From Strigamia acuminata (lineage: Eukaryota): a stretch of DNA of 64,000 bases. A program made the translations under genes and the position numbers. Positions within the stretch are counted from its first letter, which is position 1, and the number at the start of each line of letters is the position of its first letter. The notes under the pieces were generated by a model. The model saw nothing but the letters and a program-made list of their open reading frames with translations, was not told the origin of the DNA and did no database searches. This document shows, piece after piece, positions 31,801-43,802 of the stretch. The stretch lies in NCBI GenBank assembly GCA_949358305.1, contig OX442314.1, forward strand, positions 5,952,001-6,016,000. The letters run 5' to 3'.

Positions 31801-33015
31801 GCCGTTTGGCGTATAAAACGCCGTTTTTGGACGATCTTCCTCACACATTTCGACTTGGTAGTAACCTTTAACAAGGTCAATAGACGTAAAATACTTTGCC
31901 GGACCAGTATTATGCAACAAAAGGTCAATACTTGGCATTTGTATTACTTCGACTTCAGTGATGGCATTTAGCCACCGGTAGTCAATGCACATCCTATACG
32001 AGCCGTCAGGCTTCGCAACAATGACGGGATGACTTATGAAGGGCCCTTTGGCCTTTTCAATGAGTCCATCCTGTTCCAATTCTGCAGCTAGTTTGGTCAT
32101 AATGGCTCTCTTGGCCGGGTTATACATTCTATACTGCATTTTGGGCAATGAATGCCCTTCTTTGAACTTAATACGATGTTGGGTCACGTTAGTGCACCCA
32201 ACTTGATCACGAAATACATTCGGTATCGAGTTAACCACTTCGCGAAGTGCTAGTCTTTGTTCCGGAGTGCAGTCGCTCTCCTCAACTAATTTTTCATCCC
32301 AAGTCAACACAGGAGTGTCTGTTAACTCAATTGAGTTGAGAGTGGACGACAGTCCTAAATAATCGAAAGTAATTCGATTCAACGGGGCGAGGGCCAAATT
32401 GGCTTCTTCCGATTCATAAGGAGCGGACCAATTAGGTTTATCTGCACAAGAGAACTCTTGTAAATGTGGATGCGGACTAATTTTCTGTCTGCGCATGAAA
32501 TTGTGACCAAGTATCAAGCCACAAACTCGTTTTGCTAAAACGATGAAATTCATTGGTGTAAATTCATCAGCCCATTGCACGCACAAAGTTATTTGTCCGA
32601 CAGGCTTGTGTGCTACGCCTACAGCGTTAACCAACATGTTTCTGGGGGCCTCTTGCAAAAATTCTGGCAAAGCCTGAGTTTCAGACAAGAGTTGTTCCCC
32701 AATGTAACATTGAGATGCTCCTGTATCCATGAGCGCGTTGTAGGTGAGCCCACCAATTGTGATCTTCATTCGAGGATCATCTTTATTATTACCTAAAGTA
32801 ATATTGTGCAAATTATTGCCGCCTATGACTCTGTTGAGTCGGCGAAGTCTACAGAATTTCTTCGTGTAACACTTGTGGGGAAACAATGTCAGATTTTTTA
32901 ATTGTTCTGTCATTTCTTGCAGATTTTCCTCTACTCCGCCACTATGACTAGTGGCTACTTCAAGACAAGTTGTGTCTACATCCATAAATAAAGATTCCGA
33001 CGTAGCATTAGCCAC
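28855..33015 (-). CDS. pol: Pol of C (PR-RT-RH-IN)
   Basis: 1386 aa, near-identical to Pol of B. Slippery A AAA AAC at 33054-33060 on the minus strand, with the same stem. Confidence 0.98.
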   Translation of the reverse strand: MANATSESLFMDVDTTCLEVATSHSGGVEENLQEMTEQLKNLTLFPHKCYTKKFCRLRRLNRVIGGNNLHNITLGNNKDDPRMKITIGGLTYNALMDTGASQCYIGEQLLSETQALPEFLQEAPRNMLVNAVGVAHKPVGQITLCVQWADEFTPMNFIVLAKRVCGLILGHNFMRRQKISPHPHLQEFSCADKPNWSAPYESEEANLALAPLNRITFDYLGLSSTLNSIELTDTPVLTWDEKLVEESDCTPEQRLALREVVNSIPNVFRDQVGCTNVTQHRIKFKEGHSLPKMQYRMYNPAKRAIMTKLAAELEQDGLIEKAKGPFISHPVIVAKPDGSYRMCIDYRWLNAITEVEVIQMPSIDLLLHNTGPAKYFTSIDLVKGYYQVEMCEEDRPKTAFYTPNGPYQCVRMPFGLCNAPCTFQRLMEGILGSALQDYALVYLDDVIVYSDNWDDHLKHVRDVLERLNQANMTINKAKSRFGRTELKFLGHWIKPEGLFGDPDKISAIMKFPTPTCAKDIQRFHGMTNFFRKFVPNHGTIAAPYTRMMNEKTPFEWGDEQTEAFNKIKELLCGDNCLHKPDMTLPFVVMTDASHEGLGAVLCQDVDIFDEKKQKNISVPRPVAYASRVLRGAEKRYTTPELECLAVVWAIDRFKPYLEYGTFTLESDAEALKWLMRTPEPSGKFGRWALRIQCGNFKIVFRKGAANQVADALSRAPLTEEDIPLRDHVEPVEIKQYWPEWDGNPSVSLNRAPEKREYLASVRSYFSENSKECSEEKEGEEVQETLYSALTEVLKEVPPTRREIIDAQLLDTECKRIREYLLNDKVVGIPQSEIKEWKNKVKNYCLDKKEVDGDQMIIYFNPSFEEELNDSGNGFKAVVPSSLVKRVLFACHGHPLSGHAGMSKTLEKTRLIYFWPGMSRSVRNYVKSCTHCAQYKPIQQKRHAAPYTPHNMTNPWECINMDLMGPKPAGRSQNQYIFVIIDNCTKFVEIKALTKATSANCVQELRSVTNRWGHPKKIVSDNGKQFVSDIYNEYCDMYNIRPSHTSTYHAQANPTERANRDIKTMLALYTDVHTQWPRYLDEFAFAMRNNVSAATGSSPMLLNTGRIVTLPFDPRIIKHANPFDKENPEKYVRVLLDVLRRSHQEMHRRIQLNFERHRKIHEQKFVITEFEVGDLVWKQTHILSCADKNISAGFAEKRDGPWEITKVLPGGAYKLRKLADGSIEKSVNIKALYPYTPSYPIETWKVGQKSASYSPQENPKWMDESNQLPDAEEMELIPETSSEIPMELSDSTSVQIDKSAPIKSKHRHRQRLTAIEKKAALKRGETPKKPPRKPRKPQPIVPRTSTRPRRERKPNPKYADENFVRNITAVFKKPYQQRGKASKFCWN

Positions 33016-33050
33016 TTCTGGGGGATGGAATAAACCTTCTTCCCCCGGAT

Positions 33051-35297
33051 CTAGTTTTTTGAACTAGTCGCACTTGAATCAGCAGATTCTGGCTTGATCA
33101 AAGTCTTGACCATTTCTGCCAACGAGTTAGTCAGCGAAGTCTGTAACTTATTTTCAAAAGTATTTAATTTCGCATCAAGTTTAGCATCTAGTGTTGCATC
33201 CAACACTTCTTGAGTTATCCACCTATTATTAGATCGTTTAGAAGTCGGATCCACAGTCGGGGAATCCGGCGTACTTCGTTTTTGCAACTCTTCAGAGTTG
33301 AAATTTGCACGTGGTTTTAAATCTGGACATTCTCGACGCATGTGTCCTGGTTTCTTACAGTGGTAACAAACTAATTGACCACGTCTGGTCTGATCTACTA
33401 CTCCATTTATTAGATAAACGGCCTCACACTCCTCAGGTAACTCTTCATCACAAATATTAAGTTGTTCTTGTGAATCCAAAGTTAAAGATTTAACATTTGT
33501 CTTTGGCTGAGGACGAGTGTCAGTTTTCCGAGGTGGGAAAACAACTGGATTGAAAATATTTTCCCTTGCTCTATTAGCTGTACGACTGTACAAGCCTTTA
33601 TTTTTTGTTATAACGGCATAAATCTCTGTCAGAGGCAAATCCGCTATGCCTTGCGTATGCAAAAGCAAATCATTAGCAGGAGTTACACTCCCGATAAAAA
33701 GACAACCAGCCCCTTTTGCATCAAGACTGTCTTGTAATATCCATAACTGGTAATATTTGTGCATAAAGTCGTAAAGACTTTCTGTTTCTAGTTGTTTCAA
33801 CTTAGTTAGTTGGTTTGTCCGCTCTTGTCGAGTGGCTACAAACCGCTCTTTGAACGCCTGTTCAAATACTTCCCAAGATATGAAATCTTCTCTCCTTTCA
33901 TGAAACCAACCATGCGCTTGCTCGGTTAAATAACCGGCCACGCCTTTAACAAGCATGTCATCGAGTGACATGTTTCGCAGGAAAGCGACATTTTTTACAA
34001 TATTGAGAAAGCGTTCGCTTTCTTCTGCTTTTCCGGAGAATACAGGGATATCTGGTGGTTTCAAACAGTTAGTTTGAGGGACAGTGGCGGAACTTTTTCC
34101 TGCCTGCATCAACTTGTGCATGGTTGTGGCAATTGACGCGAGGTCATCAGCCGTCATTCCAAAGCTACTGGGGGGGCGCGAATTGTCTTTTGACGATCCG
34201 CCATTGTTTAGTTGACTCGAGTTATTTTGACTTGAGCCACCATTGTTGGGGTTGAAATTATTCGACCCTCCTTGATTCGGTCTACTGTGGTTACCAAAAT
34301 TCGAATGGTTATTCGAATTACCTTGGTTCCCATAATTCGAATGACTATTAGAATTATCTCGATTGTTAAAATTCGGACGGTTGTGCGAACTTTCTTGATT
34401 ACCAAAATTTGGACGATAGTTCGAATTACCTGGCGTACCCCGATTCAAATAGTTATTTGAATTTCCTGGAGTTCCAGTAGAAGGATTATTTAAATCGTTC
34501 GGATTATTTAGGTTATTCGAGTTCGGAGGAACTGGATAACCCCTTTGCATGTTAGGTGCTGGACTAGAATTGTTTGCAAATCTGGAATTTGGGTCAAAAC
34601 GGCGGTTTGGACCTCTTGTCGCACCTGAATTTGGGTTCAAATTTCCAGCGAGATTCGGACAACTATTTGATCCGTTTGGAAAACTTGGATTAGGGTTGGC
34701 CATATTAGGCGGACCCAAATTCGCTCTGTTGAACGTATTCTCAAAGTTCTCTGGATTTGTAAATCCTCTTTGTTGGTTGCGAGCGAAGTTATTCGCTCGT
34801 AATCGTTGTTGGAAAGCACGATTAAAATCTCCTGGTGTCAAATTCGACTGATCTTGACGAGGAGGTTGTGCATTTTTATTTCTATATCTAGAAATAGGCG
34901 TCGAAGGAGTGGGACTAAAATTATTTAATCTTTGGCTGGCTGGGGAATTAGGTTGCTCCGACGTAGCACGTTGCGCGTGTACAAAATCTAACACTTCAGT
35001 CAAAGATCTAAATTGGTTTGGGTTCAAACCGTGATCCTGACAAAATAATAGACCGCCTCGGCCTAAATGAGAACCTTCAGGAATGCATTCCTCTTCTCCA
35101 GGCGGAGTAGGTTCTCGTGGAGCCCTATTCTCTCCAGATGGTCCGGCTGTTTCATTTGAAACGCCATTATGGACCGCGTGGTTTCCCACTTCTTCAATTC
35201 CATTAGGAACAGGTACAAACCCGGATAGATTCATTCCACCGGTCAAACAAGTTCTTTCCTTACCACGGGTGTTCATGTGATGCTGGTTATTAGTCAT
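33051..35297 (-). CDS. gag: Gag of C (748 aa)
   Basis: Near-identical to Gag of B, with CCHC knuckle. Confidence 0.95.
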   Translation of the reverse strand: MTNNQHHMNTRGKERTCLTGGMNLSGFVPVPNGIEEVGNHAVHNGVSNETAGPSGENRAPREPTPPGEEECIPEGSHLGRGGLLFCQDHGLNPNQFRSLTEVLDFVHAQRATSEQPNSPASQRLNNFSPTPSTPISRYRNKNAQPPRQDQSNLTPGDFNRAFQQRLRANNFARNQQRGFTNPENFENTFNRANLGPPNMANPNPSFPNGSNSCPNLAGNLNPNSGATRGPNRRFDPNSRFANNSSPAPNMQRGYPVPPNSNNLNNPNDLNNPSTGTPGNSNNYLNRGTPGNSNYRPNFGNQESSHNRPNFNNRDNSNSHSNYGNQGNSNNHSNFGNHSRPNQGGSNNFNPNNGGSSQNNSSQLNNGGSSKDNSRPPSSFGMTADDLASIATTMHKLMQAGKSSATVPQTNCLKPPDIPVFSGKAEESERFLNIVKNVAFLRNMSLDDMLVKGVAGYLTEQAHGWFHERREDFISWEVFEQAFKERFVATRQERTNQLTKLKQLETESLYDFMHKYYQLWILQDSLDAKGAGCLFIGSVTPANDLLLHTQGIADLPLTEIYAVITKNKGLYSRTANRARENIFNPVVFPPRKTDTRPQPKTNVKSLTLDSQEQLNICDEELPEECEAVYLINGVVDQTRRGQLVCYHCKKPGHMRRECPDLKPRANFNSEELQKRSTPDSPTVDPTSKRSNNRWITQEVLDATLDAKLDAKLNTFENKLQTSLTNSLAEMVKTLIKPESADSSATSSKN

Positions 35298-36421
35298 AAC
35301 TAAACTTAAAACTAAGAAAATTTCCTAAGTCTGAGAGATAACGATGAAGTTGCAAACGTTCAGGAGGATCGCAAACGAAGCAGTGGTCACACTAGTTCGA
35401 AAGGAAGTATGGGTACTTCGATACACCTCTCTGATTGGTCAAGTATCAACGCTAGTCTCGCGAGAGTCCAATCTCGTCCGAGATTGGTGGAAATCATCAA
35501 GTTCGTGGAACCGTAATCTTGACAGATTCCAGTGTTATGACGTAGTCACCAAACAAAATGGATACTTTTCAAAATATTTTAAAATATCACCGCATTTATT
35601 AATAAATGAATGATCACCTTTGTGGAAATTTTTTAAAGTTTTTAAAACTCGTAATTTCAAAAGACGCGCCGATTCGTTTGAATCGATGGCTTTTCTGCAC
35701 AACACGGGTTGCTAGGCAACACAACAGTAAGAATTCTTCTTCGCTAAAATTCGAATGGTATTCCATTCGTATAATTCGATTTCAATGGCTTGAGATCACG
35801 ATTTTTAACCAACATTTTAATGTAGATCAAGTCTGTAAAATAAGGTAAACCCACTTTGAAATAAAATATAAATTTTAATTCCTTCGGAAAATGTCAATTT
35901 TCCTTCTATTTATTTAGGCAAATAAATTTAGGTTTAACTTGAAGTCTCAAGCAAAATTACTTATTTGGAACATTCTAAAAATAAGGCAACTGTTAAATTG
36001 ATAGAATTCTTTAAGAATTCCGTCAAAGTCGAACTTTTCAAAATTAGGCCTACCCGCGTGGTTTTGTCAGATTGTCGACGACAAAATGACGTTACCCGGG
36101 CGGAACCAACTTCAACAAGTCCGGGCAAGATTCTCATTCTCAGGGTTGGGCCTTTAGGCCTGACCACGTGGTAGAAATTATTAGTTTTGTTAAAACACAT
36201 AATTTCCACGACGGAAAATTGGAATAAAGTGAATTACACTTATTTTCTTGCGAGAAGTTCTAAAACAGAATAAAATATATTAAACGCAAATATAAATTTC
36301 GTTCGAAACTGATTTTACACATCCAAAAAATTTCATTTGAAATTTTATCACTGTAAGCACATTTCCGAATTCTCATAAACACACGAAAAACTTCAAAATT
36401 TATTTTAAATTTAGGCAGCCT

Positions 36422-36439
36422 ATCTCGGTAGAACCTCCA
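36422..36439 (-). promoter_or_regulatory. PBS of C (tRNA-Gln)
   Basis: ATCTCGGTAGAACCTCCA on the + strand, 2 nt from the LTR. Confidence 0.88.
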
Positions 36440-36441
36440 CT

Positions 36442-38184
36442 TGTGACGATTCTACTTTTGGGCTAATTTATTAGTCCTTTTAAGATAGATAATTCGGTTT
36501 ATACAAGACGTTGCTAAGTTTAGCAACAACCTAACCGAGATAAGCTACGGAAGCCCTTACAAACATGAATATGTGATCAAGTGGAAATAACTTACAGTTT
36601 TGGTGTGACATAACATATTTATTACTAAATATTAACAACAAAATATGGGTTCTTGACGCGTGTAAACGGGCGGCATCAACTGGTTGAGGATCCGGGCGAA
36701 GCCAGAGGGATACGGCTGACTTGCGGCATCGTCACAAATATCGCTACGGAGACGTATTTGGTCCGCAGCTCGAGTATCTAAAAATGCGAAGAGTCCTTCG
36801 CATAAGTAGGATTATTCAGCAGAATATTCCATATTCCAAATGAATAAAAGTAAAGTAATTAGTGGAATACAACAAATGAATTGTTGTATAAATATTAATT
36901 GGGCGGGGACCGTCACGACAATTGAGAGAATGTCGCGGGAGTTGTTGAGACTCCATCCGCCAGCATGCCTTACGACGACAAGATCTCGTGATCAGGCGCC
37001 GAGTATTTAATTGTGTGCTTTAACTCGCTATCGGTGGTACCAACCACCAGGTAAACATTTCTATGGACTTACCGGGTTTAGAAGATATTGCCAATACAGG
37101 ATTACCAATGCCCAAGTAATTTATTTAACACAGTGTTGTTCAACTCCTGTTCACGGGTTACTAACCCGGAGGGTACGATGGGGCGGGGACCGTCACGACG
37201 GTCGAGAGAACCATCGCGGGAGGATTTGACTCCTCCATCCGCCAGCATGCCTTACGATGGCGGGATCCAACGATCGAGCACCGGGTAAAATATTAATTGG
37301 CCACTGCCATTGGATTACCATTATCCAGGTAGTTGTTTTATCGCAACATCTTTAGATATTACTCACGGGCTACCAACCCGGCGTGTTACCTGTATATTAG
37401 GCTTTTACCGACTTTTAACGTGCGGAAGGACCAATCGAGAAAAGACGGGAACCTGCGAGGGCTGTTTACAACAACCACCCTGCAGCGGACTGAGGCCAGT
37501 TAGCTGAGGGACCTACTTTCATTTAGCAAGGTCGTACTGTATACGACCGTTATATTAAGCCACCGTACGAAGTCCTACTGTCCCGTAGAACAGCTGGCTA
37601 ACGTTACGGGGCCATTTCATGCGAATGCATGTCTATTACCGGAGTTAGCCTTCCCGAAATAGCCCTACAACAGCAATAACAAAATAGTAATGAATACTAA
37701 CTGTGGAGAGCTGAGGTGGCCTGATGTGTCGATAGAGAATAATGAAATCAAACGATAACAATTCAACTACAGACAATATACAAGTTCAGTTATCAAGCCA
37801 AGGGGGAAGTGAGAAACTGGAGCTTATATAGTTCTGTAGAACTACTAGATTGGCGACAGCCAATCAGCGTACGAATCGGCGGATTCGTGGGTCACTAGTC
37901 CGGACCTAATATATGACTATGTCCAGATGGGCCCAGTTGGGGTCCGGAAGGGTCCGATTGGTTCCCTTCGACTGGTAAGTAAAGTGGATATTGATTCGAT
38001 AGAATCAACATCATCAAGTAATTAATACTTAATTCATATTGAATAAAATAGTTATATTTTATTCACCGTGTCCAAGTAATAATTTATTACGCTTTTTAGT
38101 TTTAACCGAGTTTGAAATACGCGCGTTGGTTAAACAGCGCCATCTATGGTGAACATTGATAACTATCGATTTGTAATCATCACA
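36442..38184 (-). repeat. 5' LTR of C
   Basis: Direct repeat of 23803-25545. Confidence 0.97.
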
Positions 38185-39168
38185 AATTTTCTGCAAAACA
38201 TCTCGTTATTAGAGATAAGGGGGACGAATTATTAAAACGAATAATCAAAAACACGTCCCTTCGTAAGTACCGCAAAGGAATAACCAATTGTGAAAACAAT
38301 TGTCCGTTCAGGAAAAGTAGAACTTAGCTAGATATTTTTCTTTCGAAAAATCAAAGCAATTTTTTTTTATCAAAAAGAAAGATTTGATGAATAATTTTTA
38401 CCTAAAAAGTCTAAAGAATTGCGAATAAGTTTTCTTGGGAAAAACAAGTACACATTTGTACCAATAACTCTATTGTTTAAAGTGAGAATTTTTCTCGTAA
38501 CAAATTTAAAAGGGTTTTAACGAATCTTTATTAGTTAAAAATTTGTTAAAAAAGGGGGAAATGGATGGTGAAATTTATTTTTACACTCGAAAAATGGAAT
38601 TTAGCCCTAAAAGTTTAAAAGACTTGATCAAATTATTTTTCCTATTGGAAATAAGGATAAAAGATAGTAAAATGAGAGTTTGAGAAAACTTTATCATAAC
38701 TATGGTTGTAATAATATTACACACAAAACAGAATAATTAAAAAAGAATATTTTCGAAGAAAATTATTTAATTATTTGGATTGGTAAAAATCCCAAAGTTC
38801 AAGAAGATTGAAGTAAGTGTATTTTATTTTCATTTGAAAAAATACAATATTTTACGCATGTCTTCCCGAAGGAATTTTATTTTATCGGTAAAACTGAAAT
38901 TTCCAAAGGAACGGACTTAGCAGACAACTGCTAATTAAGTATAACGTCCATTATACTATTGGTTGTCGGTAAAATCCGCCAATCAGAAGTCAAGAGATCT
39001 AGGGATCCCCAGCCCCCTGCTATTAAGGGAGGACCAGATCAGACACTGATCATTCGTTTCCAGACCAGACCCGGAGACGTGTTCCAGAGCCATATCGTCT
39101 TTTTAAAAGACGTATATTCGTCTTCTTTATAAATTAAAGAATTAAAATCGTCAGATTTTGAATTTATT

Positions 39169-40460
39169 ATGGCTCAAAAACTATTGAATATGATCGATCC
39201 AAAAGGAAATAATAAGCAGACAAACTTAAATTTAAGTTCTGTACCACTTGGCGATCAAACAGAAAAGATTCCCGATCATTTTACTCTGTATTGTAATCGT
39301 CATGGACTAGATAAAACCAAGTAAAAAATATAATCGAAGCTTCGAACTATGTAACCGCTAGGAACTGGCGAGATCGTACCCAATCTCAATCTTCACATCA
39401 AGATCCAGTACGGAATCCACAAACATACAGCCGAAACTTAGTGAATCAAGATTCTCATACTATGTTTCAAACATCCAGTAGGGGATCTAACTTAGAAAAG
39501 TTTAAACCACCTAATTCGGTAGATAAGGGGAAAAAGAATTATAAACCTAATAATTCTTGTCCAGAGAGTTCCTTAACTAACCAGTCGGTTGTTCAGAACA
39601 AATTAAAACTCGTTTACAATCGGGATCAGCTAATTTCAGTTCGATATGCTAATCCAGCTGAAGCACAACGATATGTGGCTAGCCTTAATCTGTCGATTAA
39701 CCTACCGCTATCAAAAGAATTGGGAACCGTAAACAAAAGTTTTGGGCCACCAATATCAACGCAAAGGAAAGATATTCAGGTTACAAATAAACATTTGCTG
39801 TCGCCGAATTCTTGCGATGGATTTACGACTTCGTTTTCCAATCCCGCGAACAAGAAGAGTAGTTTACATACTCCAAACAAACGTTTGCAGTCACTTAACT
39901 TGCAACAACGTGCTCGATCGCCGATCACAAACTCATGTTTGCGGACAAATAATCTGTCTACCAAGAAGAGTCCCCAGCCAAGACAATTCTACCTAACGCC
40001 CATTTCAAATCAGAAAAAGGTCAAGCAAACTTTTCCCTTAAAAAAGTATTACCAACACGATAATGAGAATGATTTTAAACCTAAAAGAGAAAGTTCTTTG
40101 ACTAACCCACGGGAGATTCGGTATCAATTCGAACAGTATTGTAAACAATACCAGTTAAATTCAGCTGAATTTACTAGTATAGACGAAGCGCAACAATTTG
40201 TATTTCGAAGTCAATACCGTACTCAACGAATAAACCCCGACCCAGTCGTCAATTTGACGGAGATACAACAAATTGCGCCTGGAAAGCAACCCTGCAATAT
40301 CCAGAATAATTCATCTCAACGAGAGGAATTAAGAACTTCTAACAAGCGTTTTCGGTCACCAAGTCCAGCTGGTGATGAAGAAACTTCAAGTACAAACCAA
40401 CTTGTTCATAAGCTGACTATAAACCCAGGTTTCCAGTCATCGGTTCCACGACTTAGAGTC
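39169..40460 (+). pseudogene. 5' part of the single ORF of element A (Gag-N-terminus-related); 1-nt frameshift at ~39322, cut by D at 40460
   Basis: ATG at 39169 reads ...YCNRHGLDKTK, then shifts frame to KNIIEASNYV and joins ORF 39441. A second motif copy, YCKQYQLNSAEFTSIDEAQQFV, resembles D Gag YCRHYQLEVTQFSSLCEAQQYT. Confidence 0.7.
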
Positions 40461-43400
40461 TGTGACGATTACCTTCTGGAGATAGCAATTGCTAAACTAA
40501 AGTGTGAACTATCTGTGTGAAAGTGTAAAATATGCAAACCTGATGTTTTCTCAAAACATATAACATTTATTCCGGTTTGAACCTTATATAAATACTATGC
40601 CTACAAGTGGCTAAAATGACGATAAGTTAAACTATACAGTTATTTGGCAAAAGCCCTGAAATAATATCATTTGAAGGCTTCAGTCATGCAATAAGAATTT
40701 GTAACGGTCTTATTGCTGTGACGTAAAAGATGTCATCTATGAATGGCTTTGGCTTCTAAATGGTCCGGGGTTGGTTCTAAAAAGCGTGTAAATGGTTAGG
40801 CTGGGTGGGTTATATCCGAGAGGTGCGGTTGACTTTTCTGTATCGTCACACACATCGCATCGCAGATAATTGTTGAAATCAATAATTACCGCAAGATGTA
40901 ACAATGTGAGAATAAATAGTCATATTAATTCTATGGAATTAATCATGATATTTTAGAGTCACAAACTTAACTTAAACTGTGAAAATAAGTAGAATATATT
41001 AAAATAGCGCCGAGCTATTTTTTGCCCCGAGTGCAATCAACATCTAAGTTAGACTTAAATGTTCCGTCAAACCAATAACGAATTGAATCGAAATATCTCG
41101 CAGGAAAGGTTATCCATCGCCGGGAAATTACTCCACTCGGTTCTGGCTGGCGGGAGAGTAACCGGGAAATTACTCCGCGTCGATTACTCTGATAATGCGT
41201 CTGTGAAATATAAATACTCCACTCTAGATTCTACATTACCAATGCATCTGTGAATTTTACTCCACTCTAGATTCTACATTCTACAACGGAATGTTGGCAT
41301 GAAGCTGGAGGGAGTGCGTCTGTGGGTTGTACCCCACTCTAGATACTACACTTAAATGTGTCTGTGAATTACTCACTCTAGTTACGACATTTCTACAACG
41401 GAATGTTGGCATGAAGAGGCGGGAATGTGTGTCTGTGAGTCTTCTACCCACTCTAGATACTTACACTAAATACAAAGTATTTCTACAACGGATTGTCGGA
41501 ACGCAGAGAAGTATAATATGTGCTCAAGTAATATCAGTATCAAACAAAAACAGAACAAGAGCGAGCTATATCCGTTTTGCAGGGGGATATATACTCGGTG
41601 AGGAGAATAGCTGTTCAGTGATCCAATGGGATCACTGGGCAGTCAAATCCATCCAATCCTAGATCACAGGAAGTGGATACTCAGGACATAGTCTTCTACT
41701 AGGTCCACTACAGGAACTGGATACGCAGGACACACTTTGGATTAAGTCCCTTTGACTATAATCCGAAAGGAGTCCAACTCACAGTGGGTGATGAAGGGTG
41801 ACTTCACCAGGTGTAAAGTTTGCACATAATTCAATAGAATTATGTGACAAATAAATCAACTAGTTTTTAAACATCCAAAAGTATTTAAAAGTGTCTAAAG
41901 TTGCAGTGGAATAAAATATAAATAGTAATTTATATTTTATTCACTCAAAAATTGTCGAAATTTGAATTTACCGCTAAAACGCATCAGCGCCATCTAAGGT
42001 GCGCGCCATAAGTATAGAATAATCAGTTTTTTTGAAATATTTTTTTTGCGCTTCATCTGGAATCAAACCAATTTTTTAATAAATGTATTTTGGCATTAGA
42101 ATTCATTTAAAATTAACAGGTTTTTAAGTTTTGTATAAAAATAAATTTGACAGTGATTTTCCTTAAAAATGGGGGTGACATAAGTATAGAATATTTTAGG
42201 TTTGATGCAAAAAAATGGAGAAAATTAATAACACATAACATGCCTTTGTTTGATTAGTCAATCAGTGATTATGTCATCAATTTTCTGCCATTTTTGAATT
42301 GTATTGCTTGCTATTTTCTTATTTTGATGCAATCCCTTGTGCAAAACTTGTAAGCATTGTAGAAATCACTGAAATATGGCAAGTAAAGTCACTGGGGCTC
42401 TCCAAACAGCAAATCCATAGAAGATCAGGAAGAAATTAATCAATTATATCAAAAGTCCTAACCCAAAGATGAAAATCAAATATGGAAGCAAGACGGGGAG
42501 GATCAAAAGTGATGATGCAGCAAGTGGACAGGAATATTTTGTGCCTGGCACTGACTTTGCTGTTGTCTGCAAATGAAATTTGCACACATGTAGATGTAAT
42601 TGTGTCTTTAGCAAACAATTCAAAGCAGAATTAGCAATTGTGATCACCTTTGTTATCAAAAATAGCTGTACAACTGTGGTTAACTGAAGCCCATAAATTG
42701 AAGTGCTCTGATTAGACTAATACCAAGCTGCCCTGGATCAAATCATGAAACTGAGTGCTTTTTACAGACAAAATACAGTTCAACTTAGATGGTCTGGATG
42801 GTTAGTGTAATAAGTGGCAAGATTTAAGGAGAGGAGAGAGGTTTTCTCAGTGGGCAGAATCATGTGATGGTTTGGGTGACATTCGGGCGAAAATTACAGG
42901 CAAACATCATAATAATGAAAGGATGGAAAGATTCACAGAAGTGTAAGGAAGTGTTGAACATGCATTTATTGCCATTTGGATGGAAAATTGTGCCAATAAA
43001 TGGGTGTTTCAGCAGGACAATGCTCACTGCATGGTCACTTTTGGTCTTTCCTGTCTGCTTTCACATTTGGATTTCATGTTTTTGTTAGAATTTTTGATGC
43101 AATTGACTAATTTCTTTCAATTTCTTCCTAATCTTCTATCAATTTGTTGTTTGGCAAGCCCCAGTGCCTTTAATCGCTTTATTTCAGCGATTTCCACAGT
43201 GGTTGCAAGTTTTGTACAAGGGATTGCTTCAAAATAAGAAAATAGCAAGTAATACAATTCAAAAATGGCAGAAAATTGATGACATATTCACTGATTAACT
43301 AATTAGACAAAGGCATGTTATGTGATATTAATTTTATTCATTTTTTTGCATCAAACCTAAAATATTCTATACTTATGTCACCCCCATTTTATGTAAAATC

Positions 43401-43615
43401 ACTGCCAAATTTATTTTTCTACAAAACTTATAAACCTGTTAATTTTAAATGAATTCTAATGCCAAAATACATTTATTAAAAAATTGGTTTGATTCCAGAT
43501 GAAGCACGAAAAGAAATATTTCAAAAAAACTGATTATTCTATACTTATGGCGCGCACCTTATTGGTGAAATAATCGTCCTATACTAACAAAGTGTATGAC
43601 AGTGTAACCGTCACA
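40461..43615 (-). repeat. 3' LTR of D, interrupted by a Tc3-like transposon
   Basis: Matches 49801-51390 after removing 41997-43561. Confidence 0.95.
41997..43559 (+). mobile_element. Non-autonomous Tc3-like (Tc1/mariner) DNA transposon with ~520-bp imperfect inverted arms
   Basis: TA duplication at 41995-41996 and 43560-43561. Termini AGGTGCGCGCCATAAGTATAGAAT. Decayed transposase motifs VLFTDKIQFNLDGLDG (~42755-42802), VMVW and WVFQQDNA. Confidence 0.88.
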
Positions 43616-43802
43616 AGTCCCCCTTAAATATATGTTAATTCCATTGAATTTACATACTATTTACTCATCTTGAGGATCAAGACCACACTGTCATCTAGGG
43701 AACTCGAGCTGAAATTCTTGGTAAGGGAAATCTCTATTTTATAACTTAATCATATAAAATAAAGTTCAACCTTCAATCAAATGCTTCAAAATATTGTGTT
43801 TT

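Larger units (their letters stand above)
23803..38184 (-). mobile_element. Element C: full-length sister of B, inverted, nested in A
   Basis: 1743-bp LTRs with ~3 differences seen. TSD AATT at 23799-23802 and 38185-38188. PBS at 36422-36439, PPT at 25546-25555. gag/pol nearly identical to B. Confidence 0.97.

Noticed and set aside
7337..38184. B/C as an assembly artefact or a local inverted duplication
   Set aside because: They have different TSDs, different LTR middles and many synonymous differences.
40461..40520. C-terminal CDDYLLEIAIAKLKCELSV of ORF 39441-40520
   Set aside because: It is read-through into the D LTR; the native frame continues at 51395.
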